From Bythopirellula sp. (GTDB taxonomy: Bacteria; Planctomycetota; Planctomycetia; Pirellulales; Lacipirellulaceae): a stretch of DNA of 64,000 nt. Each line of letters begins with the position of its first letter. Position 1 is the stretch's first letter. Both the position numbers and the translations under genes were made by a program. The stretch covers positions 4,448,001-4,512,000 of the forward strand of contig OZ244170.1 in the NCBI GenBank assembly GCA_965216565.1. Direction: 5' to 3'. Below the pieces are notes generated by a model. The model was not told the origin of the DNA and ran no database searches. It worked only from the letters and a program-made list of their open reading frames with translations. This document shows positions 40,166 to 51,408 of the stretch, piece by piece.

Positions 40166-43100
40166 TTATTCCTTCGTGATCGTTTCGTCTAGGTTGAGAA
40201 GCATCGAAGCAACACAAGTCCACGCGGCGTGCTGCGCCGAATCTATATTCTCTTCAATTGGAGACTCTCCCACATTCAGCAACTTCTCCGCCGCTTCCGG
40301 ATCGGCCTGGTACTCTGCTAAGCGTTGCTCGTAGTTTTTCAACAGGATGCTGAGCTCCCGGTCTGTCGGTTCTCGCGATATCGTCAGAAAGAATCCGTGC
40401 TTTGCTTGTTCTTCGGGAGAATTTGGGGCTTCATGAATCATCCGTTGTGCCAATTGCCGCGAGGCTTCGACAAATGTGGGATCGTTTAACAGCACCAGCG
40501 CTTGTAGAGGCGTGTTGGTGGTCTCTCGCCGCACAGTACATGTTTCGCGAGTCGGAGCGTCGAAAGCGACCAGCGTTGGTGGGGGGACAGACCGCTTCCA
40601 GAAAGTGTAGAGACTACGACGGTAAAGAGCATCGCCTGTACTCTGCTCGTAAATCTGTGCGGTAAACTTGCTGTTGTCTTTTTGGTGGGCAAGTTCACGC
40701 CACATACCTGGTGGCTGATAGGTCTTCACGCTGGGGCCGCCAATCGCGGGATTTAGCAGTCCACTAACTTTCAGTGCCACGTCGCGGACAAATTCGGCTT
40801 GGAGCCGGAATCGTGGGCCATGGGAAAGCAGGCGGTTGTACGGATCGCGGTCAAGTTTTTCAGGGGTCGAAGCGGAGGCCTGCTGATAGGTTTTGGACAT
40901 GACCATGAGCCGCAGCATGTGCTTCACGTCCCAGCCACTTTCAATAAATTCCACACCGAGCCAGTCCAGCAGATCAGGATGTGTCGGCCATTCACCCTGA
41001 GTGCCTAAGTCTTCTGTGGTGCTGACGATTCCAGTTCCAAACAGCATTTGCCACAGGCGGTTCACGGCAACACGCGCTGTTAGTGGATGCGACGCATCGG
41101 TGAGCCATTCAGCCAGCACCAGCCGATTCCTGGGGCCTTCTGAGGGTAAGGCGGGGAGCATCGAGGGCGTAGTCGCGGTGACTTCTTCTTGCGGGCTGTT
41201 ATATTGCCCCCGGTCTAGCCGAAAGGTAGATCGAGGTTGACTCATCTCCCGCATAACCATGGTTGTAGGAATCTGCGAGTTCAGCACATCTAGGCGACGT
41301 TTGTCATCGGCAAGCTGGTTTCGTAGTTTGTGATACGCCGAGTCCGTGACGATGTTTTCGCGATAGAAGGCTTGCAGTTTGTCCTTTTGATCGACTTCCC
41401 GATCCGTACGAGGAATCGCGAGAATCTCAGTGATAGATGCAGGAAGCTGTTTTGCTACGCCTCGCATCGCAAAATAGAATTGACATTCCCAGCTAATGTT
41501 CACCACCTTGGCAAAGAAATGGTTCTCGCCCGGTGTTAGTTCCAAAGTAAACTCTTGCTGGCGTGTCGGACGAGGCATAGCCGCATCGCGGTCGACGAGC
41601 TTTCTACCATTGAACCACAGTTTCAAGCCATCGGTGCATCCTACAGAGATCGTAACCGTCTGTGGCTCGTCGACGGATATTGTTCGCGTGAGATAATTGG
41701 CGGAGCGTTCGAAGATGAAGTTGTGCGGATGACCATCGACCATCGACGTCATGGCGACCCACTCGCGTGGCTTGCCGTTGATTTCGAGCTTCTCATCGAT
41801 GTCAATCGAGTGGCCACCCGTTACATGATCTGCTGCTAAGACTTCGGCCACGGTTTCTTCGATGATTGGTGGCAGCCCATACCACAACGAGTCTTTGTAA
41901 CCTGCTGGCTTCTGGGCATGATCCAATTCGCCGGCCTGCAACTCCCATTGTTCTTGTTCAGACTCGAGCCGCTTGTTCCAGTCCGAGAGTTGTTTTTCCA
42001 GGCTGTCAATCGAATTTATCAATTGCTTCTGCTCAGATTCCTGCTGCTTATTAGGAAGCTGAAGTTTCGGCTCTGCATTTCCTCGTTCGCCGTCGAGCCC
42101 TTTTTCGTCGATTGTGTTGAAGAAGGCGAACATCTCAAAGTATTCTTTTTGGCTGATCGCATCGTACTTGTGATCGTGGCACCTCGCACATCCCAGGGTC
42201 ATGCCCAACCACACGGTACCGGTTGTGTTGACGCGATCTACGACGTATTCCACAAGATATTCCTCGGGAATCGCTCCCCCCTCGAAATTGATTCCATGGT
42301 TGCGATTGAATCCGGAGGCAATGAGTTGCTCGGTCGTGGCATCGGGCAACAGGTCGCCGGCGAGTTGCCAGATGGTGAACTCGTCGAAACTCATGTTTTC
42401 GTTGAACGCTTGGATCACCCAATCGCGCCAGGCCCACATGTCTCGGTGGCTATCAATATGATAGCCGTGCGTGTCGGCATACCTGGCAAAGTCGAGCCAC
42501 GAAACCGCCATGCGTTCTCCGAAATGGGGCGACGCAAGCAACCGATCGACGAGCCGCTGGTAAGCATCGGGGCGCTCGTCACTAACAAATGCCCGAACTT
42601 CCGCGGGGCTGGGAGGCAAACCCGTCAAGTCTAGCGACAGCCTGCGAATGAGCGTGTGTCGGTCGGCACGGCGGGCCGGCTTCAAGCCCTCTTGCTCTAG
42701 GCGACTGAGAACGAAGGCATCAATGGGGGAAAGATCGCCCTCCGGTGATTCTACCTGTGGAGGAGCCGTTTTTTGCGGAGGAGTAAGCGACCAATGCTGT
42801 TCGTACGGTGCACCTTGCTCGATCCAGCGGATAAGTAATTCGATCTCTTCCGGCGCGAGCGACTTGTGACTTTCCGGCGGAGGCATGATCGACTCGTCGT
42901 CGCTCGTGATTCTTGCGACGAATTCGCTCTCTTCAGGATTGCCAGGAACGATTGCGATAGTTCCCGAATCTAACTCTGCAACGGCTGCCTCGCGAAGGTC
43001 GAGTCGGAGCCCTGCTTCGCGGCTTTCCTCATCGAGTCCATGGCAGACAAAGCAATTCTTGTTCAGTAGCGGGCGCACATCGCGGTTGTACACCACTGTC

Positions 43101-43174
43101 GATTCGGCAGCTTCGAGGCCAGAAGCTAGGCCAAATACTGACAGACAAACAATGATTGCAATCGTTCGAATCAT
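40166..43174 (-). CDS. Planctomycete cytochrome c + DUF1549 + DUF1553 (PSD1) protein
   Basis: [46 protein letters not shown] and [11 protein letters not shown]. Confidence 0.92.
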   Translation of the reverse strand: MIRTIAIIVCLSVFGLASGLEAAESTVVYNRDVRPLLNKNCFVCHGLDEESREAGLRLDLREAAVAELDSGTIAIVPGNPEESEFVARITSDDESIMPPPESHKSLAPEEIELLIRWIEQGAPYEQHWSLTPPQKTAPPQVESPEGDLSPIDAFVLSRLEQEGLKPARRADRHTLIRRLSLDLTGLPPSPAEVRAFVSDERPDAYQRLVDRLLASPHFGERMAVSWLDFARYADTHGYHIDSHRDMWAWRDWVIQAFNENMSFDEFTIWQLAGDLLPDATTEQLIASGFNRNHGINFEGGAIPEEYLVEYVVDRVNTTGTVWLGMTLGCARCHDHKYDAISQKEYFEMFAFFNTIDEKGLDGERGNAEPKLQLPNKQQESEQKQLINSIDSLEKQLSDWNKRLESEQEQWELQAGELDHAQKPAGYKDSLWYGLPPIIEETVAEVLAADHVTGGHSIDIDEKLEINGKPREWVAMTSMVDGHPHNFIFERSANYLTRTISVDEPQTVTISVGCTDGLKLWFNGRKLVDRDAAMPRPTRQQEFTLELTPGENHFFAKVVNISWECQFYFAMRGVAKQLPASITEILAIPRTDREVDQKDKLQAFYRENIVTDSAYHKLRNQLADDKRRLDVLNSQIPTTMVMREMSQPRSTFRLDRGQYNSPQEEVTATTPSMLPALPSEGPRNRLVLAEWLTDASHPLTARVAVNRLWQMLFGTGIVSTTEDLGTQGEWPTHPDLLDWLGVEFIESGWDVKHMLRLMVMSKTYQQASASTPEKLDRDPYNRLLSHGPRFRLQAEFVRDVALKVSGLLNPAIGGPSVKTYQPPGMWRELAHQKDNSKFTAQIYEQSTGDALYRRSLYTFWKRSVPPPTLVAFDAPTRETCTVRRETTNTPLQALVLLNDPTFVEASRQLAQRMIHEAPNSPEEQAKHGFFLTISREPTDRELSILLKNYEQRLAEYQADPEAAEKLLNVGESPIEENIDSAQHAAWTCVASMLLNLDETITKE

Positions 43175-43179
43175 AAAGC

Positions 43180-44292
43180 CTAGTATCCCTGCTGCATGTT
43201 GACGCTTACCAACCGCGATGTGACCCTGGCGAGTTCGGCATCGTCCTTGTCATAGGCAATGGCGCGTACATGGTATCTGCCGGGAATCGCGTCTTCACAA
43301 GGCCAGCTGGCGATGAGTCTCACGAAGTTCCCTTGCTCTTCAATCACTTCGCGTTGATCGGCTTCGTAGCTTCCAGTGACTTGATCGTAGAGATCGACTG
43401 TTTGGAAAACTACTTTGCTCACATCATCAGCGTGTGAGGGAGGGAGCGCTACCATGGCACGCACACGTGGTCGAGTTTCTTGCGACCAGGGGACATCGAC
43501 TCGGACGGGCATCATCACGGGCCCGCACGATTTCCAGTGTTTCTTCTGAAAATCTTCGACTAATTGAACTTGAGCAAGATTAGCCGGCTGCTGCACACTA
43601 AGCGGACTTCCAAATACGAAGCTGCGGGCCGACCTGGGACCGCCGTCGCTGTAGGAAAGTTCTGCATCGATGCCGATGATTTCTCCCGCGCTGGCAGCGA
43701 AATCAGGGAAGTTTGCCCAAGGCAATTTGAATTCGGCTTCGATCCCGTAGTCGGTCTTTCTTGCTTTCACTTCGATGCCGAGCTCCGGAATGGCGTCCTC
43801 GTACCCTGGGCGTAGGCAGAATCGAGGCTCCAGCTTATCAAGATGCATTGGAGTGAAAAAACAATGCACAGATCCCCTGCCCCATTCGCGGTTGAGAAAC
43901 GTCGCGTCGCGGCGGGTGTCGAAATACCACTCGACAGCATCGCCCTCCCAAAGCGGGTGCTCGGGGGAGAAACGTTTTTCGTCTAAAGTGCGGAGGCCAA
44001 CATAGAAGGCTTCATCGTCCCAGAGGAAAAAAAATTGGCCGGCACGGTTTTTCAGGTCTGGGTGGAAGTACTCGACTGGCGCACTGAATGCCGAATCGTA
44101 TTCCCGCAATTCACCGTCGATCTTGATGGGTTGATGGGCACGTGGCACCACCGCTCGAACCGAATCGGAATCGGAGCTCTCTGCGGAGACGCCACCAGCC
44201 AACGAGAGCAGGAGCCAAATCGTTGCGGAGAAGACACATCCAAGCTGGCCTGGGCGCGGTAATAAAACGTTGAATTCGTACACGCGGGCCAT
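43180..44292 (-). CDS. CBM9-like sugar-binding domain protein
   Basis: PIKIDGEL.EY, WDDEAFY, WEGDAVEWYFD and EFKLPW. The start is uncertain (ORF track gives 44361). Confidence 0.65.
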   Translation of the reverse strand: MARVYEFNVLLPRPGQLGCVFSATIWLLLSLAGGVSAESSDSDSVRAVVPRAHQPIKIDGELREYDSAFSAPVEYFHPDLKNRAGQFFFLWDDEAFYVGLRTLDEKRFSPEHPLWEGDAVEWYFDTRRDATFLNREWGRGSVHCFFTPMHLDKLEPRFCLRPGYEDAIPELGIEVKARKTDYGIEAEFKLPWANFPDFAASAGEIIGIDAELSYSDGGPRSARSFVFGSPLSVQQPANLAQVQLVEDFQKKHWKSCGPVMMPVRVDVPWSQETRPRVRAMVALPPSHADDVSKVVFQTVDLYDQVTGSYEADQREVIEEQGNFVRLIASWPCEDAIPGRYHVRAIAYDKDDAELARVTSRLVSVNMQQGY

Positions 44293-44323
44293 GCTCCACA
44301 TAGATATTGCGATCCCAACAGCT

Positions 44324-45529
44324 TTAACGTGCGGCTTTTGCTTTTTTGCCGTTCGATTCACTAAGCTGCGTCGATTCGCGGATGATTAGATTGCCATCAA
44401 TAATGATTTGTTGTTGCCGCTGTTCGCGTTTTTTCACGCGTCGCACGATCGCCTCGTAGGCTGCTGACGCAAAAGATTCGATGGGCAGGCAAACTGTTGT
44501 CAGAGGAACATCCAAGAGCTCAGAAATCGGATCGTTATCGAAACCAGCGAGCTTAATGTCGGAGCCAACTTTGATGTTCAGTGAGTTAAGGTGCCGTCCC
44601 AGAATCGCAGCGAAGCGGTCGCTCTTGGCGATAATGGCATCTGGCTTCGCCTCCTGTACCAATTTCTTGCAGAATTCCTCGTCGAGTTCTTCCTCGTGAA
44701 CTGAGCAAACCAATTCCGGGGCCATGTTCAGCCCGTGTATTTGATGGGCTTCGAAGTAACCCATCAGTCGATCGGTGACTGCCGTCGATACCTCAGGAAT
44801 ACCAACAAAGGCAATTCTCTTGCATCCGGTTTCGATTAAATGGATCGTTAGCGCCGTACTACTTCTCCGATTGTCGTAGCCGACCCGCATAAACTCGCTA
44901 CGCTCGGGATAGGGGGCTAAGTCTCGATCGATCAGGACGACTTCGACTTTTGCTTCGGTAAGTCGATCGACAACTTCCCGATTTAAATCGACATCGCCCT
45001 CAGGAAGCTCGGCCGGATAATAGAGTACGCCGTCGACTTTGTCGTTGATGACCCTCTGCGCCGCCTGCAGCATGCCCGTCCGCAAGTCGCCAGAGGAAGA
45101 ATTGAAACCATGTAGTGAAAGCAGGTTTCCACCTTCGCTAGCAAGCCGCGATACTCGCTGGTAAATCAGTCCTTCGACATAGGGGAGCCGTTCGTCGGAC
45201 TCAACCCAAGGTACAAAAAACGAGAGTCGAATAACTTGATTCTCTTTCGACCTTTCATTGACATAGGTGCCATAACCCCGACAACGACTAACGAATCCCG
45301 CTTGCTCCAAGTCGCGCATCGCCCGAGAGACGGTCGTCCTTGAGACACCGTAGTGCCTCATCAACGCGGCTTCGGTGGGGACCATTCGCCCAGGCTCAAA
45401 GAACCCTTCGAGAATTTGAAGCCGAAGCGACTCGAAGATTTGACGGTACCTGGGCAACTCAGGGTTTGATTTACCCTGGCCAGATTTGGGGGCATTATGA
45501 CCATTCGAGGAAGATGGCAATTCCGCCAT
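44324..45529 (-). CDS. GntR-HTH / LacI-type sugar-binding transcriptional regulator (AraR-like architecture)
   Basis: PRYRQIFESL..PTEAALMRHYGVSRTTVSRAM..GYGTYV; C-terminal VVLIDR, LAGFDN, PLTTV and LIIREST. Start at MAELPS. Confidence 0.9.
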   Translation of the reverse strand: MAELPSSSNGHNAPKSGQGKSNPELPRYRQIFESLRLQILEGFFEPGRMVPTEAALMRHYGVSRTTVSRAMRDLEQAGFVSRCRGYGTYVNERSKENQVIRLSFFVPWVESDERLPYVEGLIYQRVSRLASEGGNLLSLHGFNSSSGDLRTGMLQAAQRVINDKVDGVLYYPAELPEGDVDLNREVVDRLTEAKVEVVLIDRDLAPYPERSEFMRVGYDNRRSSTALTIHLIETGCKRIAFVGIPEVSTAVTDRLMGYFEAHQIHGLNMAPELVCSVHEEELDEEFCKKLVQEAKPDAIIAKSDRFAAILGRHLNSLNIKVGSDIKLAGFDNDPISELLDVPLTTVCLPIESFASAAYEAIVRRVKKREQRQQQIIIDGNLIIRESTQLSESNGKKAKAAR

Positions 45530-45661
45530 GGCTAGACACATCGAAAATGGTTGTTTGAAAAGAAAGCAGCAAAATAGCTGGCTCACAGTAGTAGAGATTT
45601 GCATCTCGCCCACTGATTGATTATTAATCCATTTGATAAGCATTAGCAATGCATTTCTGAT

Positions 45662-45683
45662 TTTAAATGATATGTCATTTCAA
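45662..45683. promoter_or_regulatory. Candidate operator in the divergent regulator/GH92 promoter region
   Basis: Palindrome TTtAAATGA-TATG-TCATTTcAA in an AT-rich divergent intergenic gap. Confidence 0.4.
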
Positions 45684-45818
45684 GCTGTTCTCTGCCTAAG
45701 TCCCGTGGGAAACTCGCATTATGGCTAGCCGGTCGAACTGGCCCTAGCTGTGACAGGTCCAGTGTTTCTCTTCTGAAATCCGCCCTAGTTCCCAAAACCC
45801 TCATCCCTGAGATTCCGC

Positions 45819-48089
45819 ATGCCCGCTCCTCGAACGAAGTTGTTTTGCAGTCTTTGTTGTGCATTTGCCTTTCTCTTTGGAAGCGAATCTCGGGGAGATG
45901 ACCCCGCCGATGTGGACTCTATCGATCCTATGATTGGGACGATTACGGTACGCAGCCCCGATGACTTTTACGGTCTGGGGAAAACTTACCCTGGAGTAGC
46001 GACGCCGTTTGGCATGGTGCAAATTAGCCCAGACACAATCACAGGCGGAGACAATGCCTCGGGCTACAACTACCTCACCGATTCGATTGAAGGATTTAGC
46101 CTCTGCCATTTGAGCGGCACGGGCTGGTACGGCGAGATGGGCAATTTTCAAGTGATGCCAACCCTTGGCCCCATCAACACAGACCGAGATGAAAACAGAT
46201 CGAAATTCGACCACGAGAACGAAGAGGCGGTGGCGGGCTATTACGCAGTGGATCTCGATCGGTCCAAAATTCGAGTCGAACTCACAGCCTCGCGTCATGC
46301 TGGTTTATATCGTTTCACGTTTCCAAAGTCGGATGTTGCCCGGATCCAAGTTGACCTGGCCCGACGAATTGGGATGAAGAAGCGTTGGCTGGAACATAGT
46401 CGCCAACACATCGAAGTTATCGACGCCCAGACGATTCAAGGTTGGATGGACTGCCCGAACACCGATGGAGGTTGGGGCCAAGGGGCGGGCGGCGTCTCTT
46501 ATCGGCTTCACTTTCACGCTCAGATTAGCAAGCCATTTGAAAATTGGGGTGCATGGGACAAGCACGCGATATCGAAAGGGGTTCGGGAATTTGAAGGCAC
46601 CAACTCGGGCTTTTATGGCGAATTTGCTACGGAAAAAGATGAGCAAGTCATGATGAAGGTTGGTATTTCGCTCGTCGACGTCGCCGGAGCGAAAAGGAAT
46701 CTCGAACAAGAGATGCCTGATTGGAACTTTGAAGGGATACGCGATGCGTGTCGCAAATCGTGGTCAGACGTTTTAGGTCTCGTGCAGTTCAAAGGAGGGA
46801 CGGAAACGGACCGCACGATTATGGCGACTGCTTTGTACCATAGCTTTCTCGAACCGCGGAGCATTGTTGATGCCGATGGTCGATATCGATCCCCCAGCGG
46901 GGAGATTCGAACTCAGAAGGACTTCCAGTTTCGCACAGTTTTCAGTGGTTGGGACGCGTTTCGTAGCCACTTCCCTCTGCTGACGATCATTCGTCCCGAT
47001 GTGATCCACGACGAAATCAACTCTTGGATTGAATTGGCTGCTGATACCGGGAAAGACTACTTGCCACGTTGGGAGATGCTTCACTCCTACTCAGGCTGCA
47101 TGCTAGGGAACCCTGCCGTCTCGGTGGTTCTCGATGCTTACCAAAAAGGGATTCGCGGCTACGATGTGGAGCGCGCTTACGAGTTGTGCGTCAACAGCGT
47201 CGAGAAATTCGGCAACGAGCCGCATGGGTACACGCCCAACAGTCTCTCGCACACGGTGGAGTATGCCTACACCGACTGGTGCGTGGGCAGACTGGCTGAG
47301 ATGCTTGGTAAGAGTGAGGATAGTGAGAAGTACTATCGTCGATCCTTGGCTTATAAGAATATTTGGGATCCTGAAGTCCGGTGGATGCGAGCCAAAGATG
47401 AAGACGGCAAATGGATGGAGTGGAGCGAAAAAACTACCTACGGCCAGGGATGCATCGAAAGCAATCCGTTTCAACAGGCGTGGTTTGTGCCTCACGATAT
47501 TCAAGGTCTGATGGAGTTGATGGGGGAAGAGTATTTCGCCACAGAGCTAGAAGTCTTCTTTGACAAAGCGCCCCAGGATTTGCAATGGAATGAATACTAC
47601 AACCATCCCAACGAACCGTGCCATCATGTTGCATATCTGTTCAACTACATTAAGAAGCCCTGGTTAACGCAGAAGTGGAGCCGCGCTGTTTGCGACATTG
47701 CCTACGGTACTGGGCCTTACGGACTAGGCGGGAACGAAGACGTCGGACAGCTTTCGGCTTGGTACATTTTGGCGGCCATGGGATTCCATCCGGTGTGCCC
47801 CGGCGACGGTATCTATTTGCTCGGCAGCCCCAAATTCGATGAGGTAACCATTCAGCTGGACCCGAAGTTCTACTCGGGCAAAACATTCAAGATCATTGCG
47901 CACAACAATTCAAAGGAAAACGTCTACGTCCAATCTGCACAGCTCAATGGCAAGGCATTGAAGCGATCTTGGATAACTCACACGGAAATTGTTTCCGGCG
48001 GCCAACTGGAGTTTGAGTTAGGTCCGGAACCCAATCGTGAATGGGGTGAGCCACCAGCCACGTCGAATTTGCCTGAAGGTATTCGGTAA
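45819..48089 (+). CDS. GH92 alpha-mannosidase
   Basis: TYPGVATPFGMVQISPD, FSLCHLSGTG, WDAFRS, ESNPFQ, NEPCHH and GNEDVGQLSAWY. Confidence 0.93.
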   Translation: MPAPRTKLFCSLCCAFAFLFGSESRGDDPADVDSIDPMIGTITVRSPDDFYGLGKTYPGVATPFGMVQISPDTITGGDNASGYNYLTDSIEGFSLCHLSGTGWYGEMGNFQVMPTLGPINTDRDENRSKFDHENEEAVAGYYAVDLDRSKIRVELTASRHAGLYRFTFPKSDVARIQVDLARRIGMKKRWLEHSRQHIEVIDAQTIQGWMDCPNTDGGWGQGAGGVSYRLHFHAQISKPFENWGAWDKHAISKGVREFEGTNSGFYGEFATEKDEQVMMKVGISLVDVAGAKRNLEQEMPDWNFEGIRDACRKSWSDVLGLVQFKGGTETDRTIMATALYHSFLEPRSIVDADGRYRSPSGEIRTQKDFQFRTVFSGWDAFRSHFPLLTIIRPDVIHDEINSWIELAADTGKDYLPRWEMLHSYSGCMLGNPAVSVVLDAYQKGIRGYDVERAYELCVNSVEKFGNEPHGYTPNSLSHTVEYAYTDWCVGRLAEMLGKSEDSEKYYRRSLAYKNIWDPEVRWMRAKDEDGKWMEWSEKTTYGQGCIESNPFQQAWFVPHDIQGLMELMGEEYFATELEVFFDKAPQDLQWNEYYNHPNEPCHHVAYLFNYIKKPWLTQKWSRAVCDIAYGTGPYGLGGNEDVGQLSAWYILAAMGFHPVCPGDGIYLLGSPKFDEVTIQLDPKFYSGKTFKIIAHNNSKENVYVQSAQLNGKALKRSWITHTEIVSGGQLEFELGPEPNREWGEPPATSNLPEGIR

Positions 48090-48276
48090 GTAGCGAATGT
48101 GAGCCGGTGTCTACTTTGCAGTCCGGCAGCCAAGTTGGATTAAATCTCGAAATGCTGTATCAACCCAGCCTATATTCGGGATTGGAAACTTGTTGGCGCG
48201 CCAAAGTCCTATGTGTCACAATTGAAAGAGTAAGCTCTTTCATGTGCCTTTTCTTGATAACTGCTGGTGTTTTGCG

Positions 48277-51200
48277 ATGAAGACCGCTCTGTTTGTTGCC
48301 GCAGCTTCGACGTGGTTGGCTCTCAACGCCAGGGCGGTTGATTATTCGGCATCAGTTCGTCCGATCCTGACGGACCATTGCTTTCAGTGCCATGGACCCG
48401 ATGAGGGAACTCTGGAAGCCGAGCTGCGACTCGATACGGAAGAAGGCATCGAGTATGCATTTGCCGGAGGCATGCTGGACGAGAGCGAGGCTTGGCGAAG
48501 GATTGTATCGGACGATCCAGACGAACAAATGCCTCCGCCAGACTATGATAAGCCCCTTACCCCGGAGCAGATCGATATTCTGAAAGAATGGATGTCGCAG
48601 GGAGCCGCATGGTCGGAGCACTGGGCATTCATAAAACCTGGGAAGGAAGTGCCCCCGGAGGCAATCGAAGAGGATCATCCTATTGATAAGTTTGTGCGCG
48701 CCAGATTGCGCCGGGCAGGCTTGGAGCACTCCCCGTCGGCATCCCGTGAAACTCTGATTCGCAGATTGAAATTCGACCTACTGGGCCTTCCACCGACTAC
48801 TGAGGAAATTGATCACTTTCTCAGCGATACATCTCACGATGCCTACGAGCGCCTTGTCGATCGGTTCCTGGAGTCACCCCACTTTGGCGAGCACATGGCT
48901 GTGCAGTGGCTCGATGGTGCCCGGTATGCGGATACGAATGGCTATCAAAACGATTTCAAACGATCGATGTGGCCTTGGCGGGACTGGGTGATCGATGCCT
49001 TCAACGCAAATATGCCCTACGACCAATTTGTGATTGAGCAAATTGCCGGAGATCTGCTCCCCGATCCTACTTTGCAGCAACGCATCGCGACGGGATTCAA
49101 TCGAAACAATCGGACGGTTACCGAGTTTGGTTCCATCGAGCAAGAGTGGCTCGTAGAGAATGTTGTCGATCGGGTTGAAACCACTTCGGCAGTGTTTCTA
49201 GGCCTGACGCTTGGCTGTGCACGCTGCCACGACCATAAGTACGACCCTGTGAGCCAGCGCGAGTTCTATGAGTTCTTTTCATTTTTCTACAACGTGAAAG
49301 AGAAAGGCGTCTTCCAGGAAGCGCGCGGCAATACCGATCCACTGGTACCAGTCTTGCCGGCAGAAGAACTGTCGCGTCTTGACGATCTAAAAGCCACCGA
49401 GGCTGAGGCGGAAACTTCGTTCAAGGAGCTTCGTAAACAGTTGAACGAACAAGCTACCCAGTGGCGCCCCCCCATGCCCGAGGCGACCCAAGAAGATGCG
49501 CTTCCAGACAGCCCATTCCGTCTCCCGCTCGAGGGGACGACTGATGCCCAGCTTGCCGATGGAAATGTGTTGCTCCCCACCACAGAGACCGGCAACGTAG
49601 TGTGGAATGATGAAATCTTCGGCAAAGCGGCAAAGTTTTCCGGACTCCACACCCTGGAGTATGCGGATGCGGTTGCGCCAGATTTCGACAAGCCTTTTAC
49701 ATTCGTGTTTTGGATCAAGCCGGAAAAGATGGGGGCGGTGCTTGATAAGATCGATCTGAAACAACTATCGAGAGGCTTCGATATCTATTGGAAGCAGCCA
49801 GGTAAGCTTGAGATGCATATCATTAGTAGCTGGCCTGACGATGCTATGAAGGTTTCGACTGAGAAGGAAGGCGTGGTGCCGGCCAATACATGGTCGCATA
49901 TCGCAATTAGCTACGACGGAAGTGGCAAGGCCGCGGGCGTGACGCTCTGGGTGAACGGACTTGAGGTGGCTCTCAAGGTGGAGGTCGACCAACTGAAAAG
50001 TGCATTTGCTGTCGATCAACCCCTGCGACTGGCGGGCACTTCTAGAGGGTTTACTTTCTTCGGCACTGTCAACGACTTGCGGTACTACGAGGCTGTTCTC
50101 GATCGAGCTCAAGTGCAAACGGCAATCGAGCAAGGGCTTGCCAAGATGCCTGACTTAAGCGGCAAGCAGTTGTCGAGCAATCAGCATAAAGAACTGGGAG
50201 AACTATTCGGAAACTTCTCACGAAATGAGTTCGCCAAAAAATATCGAGAGGCCCGAGATTTCGTAGCTGCCACACAGGCGAAAATTACTGAGCTGATTGA
50301 ATCGTATCCAACTGCGATGGTGATGGAGGAACTCGCAGCCCCCCGCCAAGCGTATGTTCTGACGCGTGGTGAGTACGATAAGCCTGATAAGTCGCAGCCT
50401 GTATCTGCCGATGTGCCCGACTTCCTGGGCGAGTTGCCATCTGAAATGGAACCGAGTCGACTCGCGCTGGCAAACTGGATGGTTTCTCCCGAGAATCCAT
50501 TAACCGCGCGGGTGCGAGTCAATCGTATTTGGGAATTGCTCTTTGGGACCGGGATCGTAAAGACCTCAGAAAACTTCGGTGTCCAGGCGGAGCCCCCTTC
50601 TCACCCTGAGCTACTGAATTGGTTAACCAATGAGTTCATCGCATCGGGTTGGGATACGAAGGGGCTTATAAGGTTGATTGTGACTAGCAAGACTTATAGG
50701 CAAAGCTCTGTGATTTCTGATCAGCATTCGCAGCGTGACCCCGCGAATCGGCTCTTGGCGCGAGGGCCTAGGTTCCGACTTTCGGCAGAGATGGTACGAG
50801 ACAATGCTTTGGCCGTCAGCGGATTACTCACGACGCACGTCGGCGGTGAATCGATCAAACCGTACCAGCCTGAGGGCCTGTGGGATGAGTTGGCGGGCGG
50901 AGCTAGCGAGGGTCCCTATGTGCAGAGCCATGGCGAAGATCTCTATCGACGTAGTCTTTATATCTATCGGAAGCGAACAGTTCCGCACCCGGTGACCAAT
51001 ACTTTCGATGCGCCCAGTTTTGAAATTTGCCAGGTCGCGAGAACTCGAACCAATACCCCGCTGCAGGCCTTGGCGTTGCTCAACGACGTCACTTATCTGG
51101 AGGCGGCCCGCAAACTGGGCGAGCGAATGCTCGTCGAAGGGGGGGACAGCGATCGCGAAAAACTAACCTACGGATTCCGGCTTGCCACGGGCAGACGACC

Positions 51201-51402
51201 CAATAGTCGAGAATTGGAAATACTTGCTCAGGGCTGTGAGCGAAAGCGGGTCATGTTTGCTGGCGATGTGGAACGTGCCAAGACGTACGTCAGCCATGGC
51301 GAAGCGGATTCGGATAGCCAAATTCCTGTCACCGAGCTTGCGACATACACTGCGATGGGTAGCGTACTGTTGAATCTTGACGAGACCATCACGAAGGAGT
51401 GA
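48277..51402 (+). CDS. Planctomycete cytochrome c + DUF1549 + LamG-like + DUF1553 protein
   Basis: [18 protein letters not shown], LamG-like insert (FTFVFWIKP..WSHIAISYDGS..LWVNG), NPLTARV and [11 protein letters not shown]. Start at MKTALF. Confidence 0.92.
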   Translation: MKTALFVAAASTWLALNARAVDYSASVRPILTDHCFQCHGPDEGTLEAELRLDTEEGIEYAFAGGMLDESEAWRRIVSDDPDEQMPPPDYDKPLTPEQIDILKEWMSQGAAWSEHWAFIKPGKEVPPEAIEEDHPIDKFVRARLRRAGLEHSPSASRETLIRRLKFDLLGLPPTTEEIDHFLSDTSHDAYERLVDRFLESPHFGEHMAVQWLDGARYADTNGYQNDFKRSMWPWRDWVIDAFNANMPYDQFVIEQIAGDLLPDPTLQQRIATGFNRNNRTVTEFGSIEQEWLVENVVDRVETTSAVFLGLTLGCARCHDHKYDPVSQREFYEFFSFFYNVKEKGVFQEARGNTDPLVPVLPAEELSRLDDLKATEAEAETSFKELRKQLNEQATQWRPPMPEATQEDALPDSPFRLPLEGTTDAQLADGNVLLPTTETGNVVWNDEIFGKAAKFSGLHTLEYADAVAPDFDKPFTFVFWIKPEKMGAVLDKIDLKQLSRGFDIYWKQPGKLEMHIISSWPDDAMKVSTEKEGVVPANTWSHIAISYDGSGKAAGVTLWVNGLEVALKVEVDQLKSAFAVDQPLRLAGTSRGFTFFGTVNDLRYYEAVLDRAQVQTAIEQGLAKMPDLSGKQLSSNQHKELGELFGNFSRNEFAKKYREARDFVAATQAKITELIESYPTAMVMEELAAPRQAYVLTRGEYDKPDKSQPVSADVPDFLGELPSEMEPSRLALANWMVSPENPLTARVRVNRIWELLFGTGIVKTSENFGVQAEPPSHPELLNWLTNEFIASGWDTKGLIRLIVTSKTYRQSSVISDQHSQRDPANRLLARGPRFRLSAEMVRDNALAVSGLLTTHVGGESIKPYQPEGLWDELAGGASEGPYVQSHGEDLYRRSLYIYRKRTVPHPVTNTFDAPSFEICQVARTRTNTPLQALALLNDVTYLEAARKLGERMLVEGGDSDREKLTYGFRLATGRRPNSRELEILAQGCERKRVMFAGDVERAKTYVSHGEADSDSQIPVTELATYTAMGSVLLNLDETITKE

Positions 51403-51408
51403 TTCCCT

